Under the pieces are notes generated by a model, which saw nothing but the letters and a program-made list of their open reading frames with translations, made no database searches and was not told the origin of the DNA. Shown here in pieces: positions 41,181 through 53,303 of a stretch of 64,000 bases of DNA (the stretch's first letter is position 1; the number at the start of each line of letters is the position of its first letter). The DNA lies in assembly GCA_951406725.2 (NCBI GenBank), contig OX597819.1, forward strand, positions 97,960,001-98,024,000, read 5' to 3'. A program made the position numbers and the translations under genes. This DNA comes from Octopus vulgaris (Eukaryota).

Positions 41181-43605
41181 GGACACTGGTCCGTCGCAGG
41201 AATACTCATGTTTGCTAGCAGAGTAAGCTGGAGCAATATGAAATGAAGTGTTTTGAACACAACGTATTTCCCGGCCCAGAAATCGAAACTATAATCTTAC
41301 GATGTTACTATCGATGCACGTTCGAACTAAGGAGCAAGCTATTCACAGCGTTTTGTCACGGAAAATATATCTCGCTTGTTGACAAATGGTGTGTAAACGC
41401 CAAGATCAGCTCACAGCACTATCTACCAAGACTGTAAGACTAGCATTTCGGAGTAGTTATCTTCTCATCGGTCACAGACACTAAGCAGACGACACTGCGG
41501 ACTGCACGATGACTGGCAGCGGTATACGGCGGCTCACCGTAAGTAAATTACGGAGGAAGAGCGCTAAGCAGTGATAAGTGAATTTGCAATGTCATTATCA
41601 GTCCGAATACGCTCGATGCATGTTCGAACTAGGGAACAAGCTACTCACTGCGCTTTATCACGGAGAATATACCTCGATCATAAGTTCAATAACCTCACCT
41701 CTAAGCCACGATCTTAGACATATATAGAATAAAATAATAACAAAAAAATGCACACACTCGCACACACTCACATGTAGACGTGCATATAAGCACATACACA
41801 CATGCATACACACGTTTACACATACATATAAGCATACACATGCACGCACACATGTATATATGCATGTAAGCCCATAGACACACGCACACGCACGCACACG
41901 CACACACACACACACATAACATAGAGTTCTCAGGTGTAATTCTAGAAAACTAGGACTAAAAAAAAGACTCAGTACATGAAAGAATAATTTGGCATCAATA
42001 AATGCTTGAGAGTTGTAGAAATTGTTTCAACACGACATACTTTCATGCATACATGCATACATGCATTCATATATATACATGCATGCATGCATTCATATAT
42101 ATATGATTACATGAACATTTTACTGATATTTAGCAGAAGTAACAGAGTGACTCAAGGTCTAAGAGTTTTGTATGTTGGCACTTATCAAACCAGTCACAGG
42201 TCGAAGGCCTGTGGGTTTATATAGTTGTTGATAAATTTCCCTCCGGATTGTATGAATACATGCATGCATTCTTGTATACGTAGGTACAAACCTCCATACA
42301 TATAATCAAACATACATGAAAATATATGAAATGAAGGGACGTGGGGGAGGGACATGAAGACATGACAGCAATAAAGAGAGAAAATAAATTATATATAAAA
42401 CAACATCAAATATAAATCCATTTAACAATTAGCTTTCCTCGCAGAAGGCATGCCTGAGTATCCCCTCCTCAATATATTTCTCAGTTATCTATGTACTAAC
42501 AAAGGCTGGTAAAAATATTTGGTTGATGAGGTTTAATAACCCTGAAATATGACCGCAATTGCCCTCACAAAGACCAGGTTTATCTCACAATTCTATTGTT
42601 TATCGAACCTTATTTTTAATTAATTCAAATTCCCTTGTTATATCCCCTGCTCCTTCTAACTAAAACCATAAAATTTGGTGATAAGGAGAGCTAATTAATT
42701 AACTATTTTTGGCTAACTACTGTATGTTAGGACATACTTAGTGCTATATATAACCTTTTTGTACATATGTGTGTAAATGCGTATCCTATTTATATACGCT
42801 AAGAGTTAGCCTATTTCCGTATTTGAAGTCACGTATGTTTGTTTATGTACACATTGTCTAAATAGAATGGTGTATATATTATTTATAAAATGGTAATAAT
42901 GAACAATAACAACAACCATAAGCTTCTTAATGGCAAACGCTCATAACAGCTGTTCTCATGTTTGTATCGTTCCACTACAATAGATTATACACACACACAC
43001 ACACACAGATACACACACACGCACACACATGCACACACACACATACACACACATGCACGCACTCCGAGAGAGAGAGAGAGAGAGAGTTACACATGCATAC
43101 ACATTCACACGCATACAGTCAGATATGCGCACACATAACGTACATATGCTTATATATATATATACACACACACACCAGCAATGGACGTCGTACTAACACG
43201 TGGCTTAAATTGTAATATTTAGAATAGAATGACACAGCTACTGGAGTAATTACGTGTGAGTGATAGGAGGAGGAGTAAAATGTGTTTGCAAAAGGGAGAG
43301 TGAGTAGGAGAGGGAAAGGTGTGTATGAGAGTGGAAGAGGGAGTGTGAGAGCGAGAAGCAACGAGAGATGTGAGAGGGAGAAATCCTGTGTGCATATGGA
43401 GTGTAGAGGCTTATGTATGTATGTATGTATGTATGTATGTATGTATGTATGTTTGTATGTATGTATGCATGTATATATGTTTGTTTTTGTTTGTAGGCGG
43501 AGTTAATGATTCATTGAAATTGATATGAAAGTATATAGGGGAGGATATTTGTGTGTGTGTGTGTGCGTGTGTACACACACATATATATATAAGTATGTGT
43601 CTGTG

Positions 43606-43660
<55 letters not shown>

Positions 43661-43943
43661 GTATGCATGTATGTATATGAATATGTATATCTATCTAATC
43701 TGATATCTCTCTCTCTTTCTCTCTCTCTCTCATATATATATATATGAGTAATTGAATGAATTATCTTATTAAGGATAATTCGTAAGATAACCGATACCTG
43801 GGTAGCAAATTCACATCAGAAATAACACGGTTGAAGATACGTCCCTAAGGCATAGACTACGTGTCTTCGTGCGGAAATTTGTATGTTTACTTTAAAATTA
43901 TAAGCATATGAAAGAATGGAGTTGAACGACTAGTTAACAAATA

Positions 43944-44040
43944 TCCTTTATTCTCGACATATGTTTCGAAGGCTGCATATTCCTAATTCCGAAGGAATAA
44001 GGAGTACATTATGCAGATTTCTCATCAGGAAAATCAAGGA
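43944..44040 (-). ncRNA. Type I hammerhead ribozyme with intact core, in the left arm of a palindrome
   Basis: The minus strand reads tccttgattttc-CTGATGA-G(long stem II)C-GAAAC-atat-GTC-gagaataaagga. Stem I is 12 bp with 1 mismatch and 1 G-U pair. Stem III is palindromic (ACATATGT), as in minimal PLE hammerheads. Confidence 0.8.
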
Positions 44041-44115
44041 ACTTATGTCGACATCAAAATGCACAAAAAACTTTTAGCTGACCGCTCTCAAGGAGCCCAT
44101 GATGTCGACATAAGT

Positions 44116-44212
44116 TCCTTGATTTTACTGATGAGAAATCTGCATAATGTACTCCTTATTCCTTTGGAATTAGGAATATGCAGCCTTCGAAACATATGTC
44201 GAGAATAAAGGA
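44116..44212 (+). ncRNA. Type I hammerhead ribozyme in the right arm of the palindrome
   Basis: CTGATGAG at 44128-44135, GAAAC at 44189-44193, GTC triplet at 44198-44200. Stem I pairs 44116-44127 with 44201-44212; the pair next to the core is an A-G mismatch. Confidence 0.75.
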
Positions 44213-44246
44213 TATTTGTTAACTAGTCGTTCAACTCCATTCTTTC

Positions 44247-44317
<71 letters not shown>

Positions 44318-44378
44318 ATGTATGTATGTATATATATATATATATGTATATGTATATCTATATATATATGTGTGTGTG

Positions 44379-44438
<60 letters not shown>

Positions 44439-44813
44439 ATTAAACCAAATTAGCACTACGTAAGGCATCAAGGGAAGCAAGGGGCACTACAGAAATAGTA
44501 AATGGTTTACGGCACAAAAGACATCACTCTAAACTTGCTAAAACAATATTCGGAATGCCTTATCTCTTCTAAGTATAGGTGCTAATGTGTTACCTAAGAT
44601 TGATTTTGAGGATGCGATCAAAGACTTAACAATTCAAAAAAGTAGGAGGTAACTTTTCTAATATCAAAAAAGTGGAAGTACTCAAAAATAAACATTATTT
44701 TTACCTCTTCCTGTTTTGTTTCGTTTTGAAAAATTAAAAAGTTTTATATACTGAATGACATAATCTTTCACTGGGGCACCAAAATCTTTTAAGGGCATCG
44801 GTGGGTCTTAATG

Positions 44814-44862
<49 letters not shown>

Positions 44863-45089
44863 AATAGTAAAAGGTATACAGAAGGCTTGAAGGTTCTATA
44901 TATTTGGTCAATATGTCTGAAGAATATAAAGTTTTTTCTTACAATGACATAGTTTAGAAGAAATGACCGGTTTCGCGTTCAGATATATGAAAGTATACAA
45001 CTTGTATTTCGCTAACTTTTCATCTCCACAACGGCATTAGTGTGTTGAATGCAAGTGTTTGTGTCTTTTATCTGTTTATAAACATACAC

Positions 45090-45163
<74 letters not shown>

Positions 45164-45793
45164 GCACACACATATACATATATTTCGTTTCTGGATTTGG
45201 TTTGCTAGATTCTTTATGTGAGTTCGTGTGTTGAAGCATATTTTGTTCAGTTAAGATAAATAGGTAAATGGATATGAATGTAAACAGACAGACATAGAGA
45301 AAGCTAGGTAGATAGGTAATATGAACAGACAAGCACACATACCCACATACATACAAACGTATACACATATATACATATATATATATATATGCATACATAT
45401 ACACACACATACATGTATACACACACATGCATGCATCCATCTATCCATCCATACATACATATGTGTATGTGCACGCACACTGAACCACATACATGCGCAC
45501 AAGCAAACAAAATGAACGTAGCTCGGATAATGGACAGAGTCAACGACTATTGAAAAGGTTGCAAAACGCAACGGAAATTTTAGAAAAGATAAAGTAAATG
45601 AGTGGAAATCAGACCGATGAATGTGTTAAATGACAAGGCACAAAAAGAGAATGACTCTCCCCACACACAACAATATGTATATATATATTATTATAATAAT
45701 ATATATGACATACATAAAGAATGAATAATAATAATAATATGACAACAAAAGAATGAACGAGACCTCGATATTATGTAAATAGAAGAATTTATC

Positions 45794-46230
45794 TATAATA
45801 TAATATGTAACAATTAGTCGGTTGCCTTAAAATAAACTCAGAGTTTCGGATATCGGAGGTGGAAGTCTGCTCCGGCATCTCGTAAGTTATTAAGACAAAC
45901 AAAAATGCTATGAAAATGACCGTTAAATAAAGGGAGATTGCTATGAAGATTACCGTTATTAAGACAAACAAAAGAACTATGAGAATGACCGTTATGTGTA
46001 TGTATGTATGTACATGCGCGCATACGCAGATTCTATGAGCGTGGGTTTACCTTCTTCGATTATTTTTACTTTCTCCCTATTCATGTAATTTCCCTTTATT
46101 TAACGGTCATTTTCATAGCATTTTTGTTTGTCTTAATAAGTGATGAGATGCCGGAGCAGACTTCCGCCTCGACATCCGACACTCTGAGTTTCATTATAGC
46201 AACCGACTAATTACCACATATTATATTATA
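45794..46230. repeat. About 145-bp-arm diverged inverted repeat with degenerate hammerhead cores
   Basis: Arms are 45794-45939 and 46087-46230. The minus arm reads CTTACGAG...CGAAACTCTGAGTT and the plus arm reads GTGATGAG...CGACACTCTGAGTT. Confidence 0.85.
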
Positions 46231-46326
46231 TTATATTATATTATATTATATTATATATTATACAGCGGTGGTGCCCCAGCATGACCGCGGCCTTCGGGCT
46301 AAAACACTTTTAAGGATTTAAGGATT

Positions 46327-46491
<165 letters not shown>

Positions 46492-46974
46492 CAGATATGC
46501 GAGCGAGCATGCGTGTATGTAGTATGTATGTGTTTGTTTTGGGTTTTGTTTACTCCAGTTTCGGTTACATCTAGCAAAACTCCTTATTACTTAGCTTCCT
46601 ACTCACACAAAGCGCCTCCACACTTCCACATTTCGACCGTAGGCTCCCCATGTGCATATAGGCCACATGTGCAACAATCATCTATCATGATAACTTTACA
46701 TAATCACCCGAACTTTTAGAGGTAGAAGCTATATTTCCCTCAAATCACACTACTGGTTTTAGATAGAGGAAGGACACAGTGAAAAATATAGAGAAGATGA
46801 TGTTGATATGCTCAATATAGCCAGCATGATAACTTTGATTAATCATTGACCAGAAAAAACGACAGGGTGGTCACCGTTGGGATACTTCCAATCCTAGCTC
46901 TACTGAGTCAAGACTAACTTAGAACTAAATAACAATAATAACTACAAATACTTCTGCTCAGCATGGCGACCAGT

Positions 46975-47060
46975 TTCTTTTTCGACTCTGTAAACTCTGG
47001 TGTGCCACAAGGTTCGACTATGTCACCTGTATTCTTTCTTCTTAAACTACTCATACTCAT
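46975..47060 (+). mobile_element. LINE reverse-transcriptase fragment
   Basis: Encodes NSGVPQGSTMSPVFF (GVPQGS RT motif). Confidence 0.5.
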
Positions 47061-48199
47061 ATACAGACAATACCGGCCTTCTTTACTCTCTTAACCTTTT
47101 GTCAAAATACGTCACCCATACAAAATATAGCTATCTCTATGATAGATCTACACTGCTACTCTGAGCGGATGCTGCGAAAATATTATCCCTTAAAAGAATC
47201 ATTCCATAATGGACTTACATCTTTAGAAACAATATTGTCCCTCACCCTCACTATAGAACAACTACACAAAACTCATGTTGTTGTCGTTGTTGTTGTTGTT
47301 GTTGCTATGGTTGAGTTTCAGCTGAGCAAACATGCCCAAAGGTACCTCATTTATGCTCATTCTGTTTGTTTTTTAGACGGGTTGTATTTAGGGTTACATA
47401 ATTAAATCTATCCTTCAGTTTCTGGTGTTTATCTTTAAGCTAGTAGGGTGTACTTTGAGGGCAATTTCGCTGCTATTTCTAGTAAATGTTGGGATCAAGT
47501 AAAGGCATCCTTGTTGGTTCAACCCTCGCTTTCACTACTTGGGGAACCCAGAGTAGACAAAATTATGATCAAAGTTCATGTCGTAAACATGTCTTTTTTA
47601 AAAAGGTAGAGTGTGAGTTGCAAGAGATTTAGCTACTGCTTCTAGTAGATCGTATAGTCACATTGAAGCATCCTCATGGATTCATTACCAAGGTAATCTA
47701 GTACCTATCTTGTTCACCAGTTTGGTGAAGCCGTGCAGAATAGACTGTACCATCAAGAAACCTAACAAAACAATTGAAATCGACCAACAGTGTGCGCTAC
47801 ATTGACTCAAAAAATACAGTCTCTTTATAGAGAACGATGGAGATAATCCTTTCTACTGTAGGCACAAGGCCTGGTATCTTTGGGGAACGAGCCAGTTGAT
47901 TACATCGATCCCAGTGCTTAACTGGTACTTATTTTATTGACCCCAAAAGGATAAAAGGCAAAGTCGACCTCGGCAGAATTTAAACTCAGAAGGTAAAGAT
48001 AAGACGGATTGCCGCTAAGCATTTTGTTCAGCATGGTAGCAATTCTGCGAGATCAGACTTACAATGTCTTAGATAATGAGATACCGAATGCAGTGTGTGT
48101 AGGTGGGGTGGGGAAGTAAGACGGGATGGTTACATATGGACCGGAACACTGAGACCCCAAAATAGCTGATATAAAAAGGTTAGAGGGTTCCCAAGTTTG

Positions 48200-48560
48200 A
48201 TGTTATCGAAGAATTAGTTGGTCGGACATAAAGAGAAACCAATATGTGTTGGCATAAACTGAAATTGAATGAAGCCTTGTAAAAAAATGTTGAACCAGCA
48301 AAAACTTGAACATTTTGGGAAATGTCATTAGAGCAAAAGGTCTTCAAAAATTGGCAGGGCGCAAGAACGGTACTGGGGAAAAGATCAAGAAAAGGATGCA
48401 GATAAAACTGGATTGATAGCATTATGGAAATGGCAGAGTTGAAAAATGTAGCACTGCAGAAAACACATGATGAATGGAGAATAATTATTGTCTGAGGAGG
48501 CAGCTGCGGATAATGGTGATGATTATCATTTGAACCGTTTTTGATCATTGGTTTATGATC
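48200..48560 (+). mobile_element. Decayed RTE-clade LINE 3' end
   Basis: Fragment resembling G...GKR.RGR...W.D.I (TVLGKRSRKGCR*NWIDSI...EWRI). Confidence 0.5.
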
Positions 48561-49558
48561 TATCAGACACGAGGCAATAAAACAGCTGCAGTCGATTTGA
48601 TCTCATGACACACGACCAATTAGTGCAATACCTTTAACTTCACAAACATCTTGTCTTCTGTAGACATGTCTTGGAGTAAATTATTACAACAGGTTGGCGA
48701 TGTGTGACACCAGATGGCAGTAGCTGGTTTAGTTCCGCATGGAATACAGGGGAAACTTTCACTTAATGTATTTTTGATTATCGCTTTTCCATTACATAAT
48801 TATAGCTCCTTTATTAGAATTTTGTTGACGACTTCAAGCTACGACAAACAATGAGAGGCACGTGACAGAGTTTTAATTATAATAGTAAATAATAATGACT
48901 TATTTAATTATGTCTTCATAAAGAAATATATACAGATATCTAAATGTTTCAGCTTCAGTTACATACATAATATAAATACATATACGTATGAGAGTGTGTG
49001 TGTATGTATGTATGTATGTATGTATGTATGTATGTATGTATGTATGTATGTATGTATGTATGTATGGATGGATGGATGGATGGATAGATGGATGTATACA
49101 CACACACACATACACACATATACACTCACGCATTTGCATACGGGAACGACAGCATGAACATCATCATTATCAGCAACAACATTAAAAGTAATTGTTGAAC
49201 TTAAGTAGAATAAAATTTGTGAAATACCGGATGCTTATTTTAACGGAACAACAGAATTGTTTGGTCTGGTTCCATAAGCATATGAATGAAGTATACTTCT
49301 ATGTGTGTGTGTACATACACATATGCATACATACATATATCTCTGCGTATACACATATGTATATAAACACATAAACACACATACACGTATATAGACACAC
49401 ATTCATACCTATATATACATTCAGGTATATAATATACATGTATGTGTGTTTATATGTATATATGTTCGTAACGTACGTATGTGTGATGTGGGTGTGTATA
49501 TGTGTGTATTGGTATATATGTGAGTGAATATGAAAGTGTGTGTGTGTATGAATATGTA

Positions 49559-49622
<64 letters not shown>

Positions 49623-49634
49623 TCTAAATATGTA

Positions 49635-50527
49635 CAGGGTGCGATGAATAAACTGTTCTCTAAATTACGCAAAATTGAAAATAGTACTGACATCTCAGTT
49701 TAAGGTATATTTACCAAAATTACATAATTTACATAAAAATATCTTGAAATACTAAAGAGTAAATTTATTCAATAAAATTGCCATTGGTTTCAACCAGGGT
49801 CTCCAGACCACTTCAGAAGCTTCTGTAACTCTTCTGGCCGGTCTCCTTGTTTAAGTTGGTGAATGCTGCCATAATCCTTGCTTTCAGTTCATCTTTGGTC
49901 TAACAGGGAGTTTTGTTGGTTTCTCGCTCAACTGCGCCGCACACATAATAACCAGGGTGTTTGCAGTCTGGGGAGTTAGGTGGCCAGAGCCAGATGTTAG
50001 GGTAATGTGGTCGTAGAAATTATATCTGACAGCCATGACTGGATTCTTCTGCTTGTGTGGCATGGTGCAGAGTCCTGTTACCAGGTATTAGGTCTTCCAG
50101 CAGCTACCCTCTTCATCCAGATCAGCACTACCGCCTCCAGGTACTTGATGTAGGCCTCCGTGCTGAGTGTGAGGTGGTGTGGGAAGATGAATGAAGGCAT
50201 AACATCACCATCACTAGTGATTACTCCAAACACCATGATGTTGACTAGATATTTGATTTTTTTCACTCTCGGTACATGTTCTCATATTGACAGCGGCCAA
50301 ACACGCTGAAATGTTGGTATAGGGGCTTTCAGAGTGAATGCCAAGCAGTACAGCATATCGTTTCCAAATTTCTAGCAGAGTGAAGAATTGCGTCATGGTA
50401 CCGTTTTTCTCTCAGACGGTGGCCAACTGACCCTACTATACTGTGCAGTCAATAAAATCCAAAGCGAACAATACGCATACGCGAAATTAAAAATATCAAA
50501 TGGCGACAATTTATCCACCGCACCCTG
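49635..50527 (-). mobile_element. Internally deleted Tc1/mariner transposon (DD37D/maT-like)
   Basis: TIRs CAGGGTGCG..G.ATAAA with TA at both ends. Motifs MVFGVITSDG, QDSAPCHTS and WPPNSPDC. Confidence 0.85.
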
Positions 50528-50605
50528 TATGTATGCAGGATGTTGACTGGATGTTTGATTGTCGATTTTCCATTACATATATGAGGAATCGATGCTAGAT
50601 ATGTC

Positions 50606-50693
<88 letters not shown>

Positions 50694-51871
50694 TCAAATC
50701 GAATAAAGGAACATTAAAAAAGTTAAGACAACAAGAGGACGTGCACATGGAATGTATTAGTTTGACGCTCAGTAAAGGTGGAAAAAAGGGCTCTTGACAT
50801 TTCCAGCATAGCTCTTCGTCAGAAAGGAAAACGATGAAGTCCAGAAAAGTATATATATATATAGCGTGGCTTAGTGGTTAGGGCATTCGGCTCATGATCG
50901 TATGGTTGTGAGTTCGATTCCCGGCGACGTGTTGTGTCCTTGAGCAAGACACTTTATTTCACGTTGCTCCAGTCCACTCAGCTGGCAAAAATGAGTAGTA
51001 CCTGTATTTCAAAAGGGCCAGCCTTGTCACATTCTGTGCCACGCTGAACCTCCTTGCGAACTACGTTAAGGGTACACGTGTCTGTGGAGTGCTCAGCCAC
51101 TTGCACGTTAATTTCACGAGCAAGCTGTTCCATTGATCGTATCAGCTGGGACCCTCGTCGTCGCAACCGACCTAGTGCTCCTGTACATATATATATATAT
51201 CTTAGATACCCTGAATTATAATTTTAATAGTAATTATTACCTTTGAAGTTTTTTATTCCCTGATAAAATGCTGTCCACCTGATAAAATCGGTACTTAAAT
51301 AACGATTATATGTTTATATATGTGTGTGTGTATAAACATATACACATTATATGTATATATATATATATATATATATGCATCAGTTGTAGTCGTTTTCACA
51401 GCAATACTGATCTTGATGGGGAATAGTTTCGCAGTGATAGTGGTGACGACAGTATATAAACGAGAGTTGAATGCGTCATTAAAATATTAATTTCTTTTAA
51501 CGACAATATATTAATTACATTCTCTTAATTTACCATTACAAAATATAAACAAGACAACTTCCTAGGATATAATTTAAACAATGTTATTTTACGTGAGAAA
51601 TATAACGATTTGGTTTGTTGACAATGTCGAAGTTGTGTGTGTATTATAGAAGCGTTTTTCACACTATTACATTCATGCGTTCACAGTAAATGGGCAGAGT
51701 ATTGATAATGCGTTTATAATGTTAGAGTGGTTTATTGACATTGTTACTGAGGCATGTTGATTGTTTCGGAGTGTTATATTTTCATACACGGCAGTGCGCT
51801 GGTAGTGTTATAATGATGTAATGCAAACACATACACAAAGAACCCATCACAGAGACATATACAAACACACA

Positions 51872-52686
51872 CAGGGTGGTTGAAAAGTAAGTAGGGATTA
51901 AAAATTGGTAATAAAATTCATATTCCTTTTACAAATTTATTGTAACAAATATGTCTTTATTATATGGGAAAATGAAATTAAAAACGGCTAGGGAGGGAAT
52001 GAACATCCTTCTGAAGGACGTCGTCTGGGATATCTTTGAGAACCTCCTGAATCCGTGTCTCCAAGTCTTCCAGAATGCGAGGTTTTGCTTTGTACACCTC
52101 CTCTTTTGTGTAACCTCACATGTAAAAATCACACGGAGTGAGATCTGGATTTCTTGGAGTTCTGGACTTCTGAAGTTACAGTCTTCAGGTTTTAGCTCCT
52201 TCATGTGATGGGGTTTCCACAGATGAAAATTCACTTCTTTATGCAACATCGTGCGTATTGTGTGTCTTGTTCGTCCACTTTCATGAGCTGCTTGACGTCT
52301 TGATTTTTACCGGCTGCATTGTTGCCACGTTCTCCTCTGATCGGGATGTGGTTGGACGGCCACTTCTTGCATTGTTCACAGAGCTCGTGATCATCAGCTT
52401 TGTATGACAACTTTCTATTGCCTCCGGTCGTAGTGTTACATGCATATCTTTCAATCATACCACCATCTCTGAACGAAAACAATGGAATTCCACGTTCCAT
52501 AGCGTGCTGCCCCTGAACAGTCAAGCGACCGTCCATCGAGAAAATACGAAATAAGATATAAGACAATAAGAAAATATGAAATCAACATTAGTGTTGTCCG
52601 TTTAAAAAATGTTTTTCTTATGACCTCAGTGATATTAAAAATTCTATAAGCAATTTCTAATGCCTAGTTACTGTCCACCAACCCTG
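51872..52686 (-). mobile_element. Internally deleted Tc1/mariner transposon (rosa/DD41D-like)
   Basis: Degenerate CAGGGT.G.TG TIRs. Fragments VQRWW, WKPHHMKELKPEDC and SPDLTPCDF..GYTKEEVYK.KPRILEDLETRI. Confidence 0.7.
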
Positions 52687-53153
52687 TATATATATATATA
52701 TTAACAGATCAAACTTACACAGAGTACATAAACGCAAAAAGAAGTGGGAGAAGGTATGGTGTTGCATTTCGGACAGCTGTTGCTGGGGGCTCGGGGTTAC
52801 TCCATAATATTGGCAGATGTAGTTCACCAGAACATGTAACCAGTAATGGGATCAAATAAACATTGGTTAGATCCGGCCTCCGTTTTCAGGGTGGAGAGAT
52901 AAACACGTCCCAACCATATATGTATATGAAGCCCAAGCAGTTTCATTTGTTTATTTGCATCCTTGCTTCCATATCTGCTCGCCTGGATTCCTCTTATAGC
53001 CAGTTTTTATTCCGAGGACTCTTTGGTCCTTGGTAAAAGTTTCAGAAAGCATGTTCAAATTATTTGAGCGCTAATAAGCGTTTTCTATATTGAAAATCTC
53101 TGGATCTCCTCTGCTGACTATACATACATACATACATACATACATACATACAT

Positions 53154-53236
<83 letters not shown>

Positions 53237-53303
53237 CTCTCTCTCACTCACACACATATATATGTATACAGGCATGCACATGGAAATATTGTAGAAAAGA
53301 TAA

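Larger units (their letters stand above)
43906..44250. repeat. 151-bp near-perfect inverted repeat (PLE-type fold-back) with a 43-nt spacer
   Basis: Arms 43906-44056 and 44100-44250 are reverse complements with about 2 mismatches. The whole insert (about 43744-44250) lies between (TA)n tracts. Confidence 0.95.
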
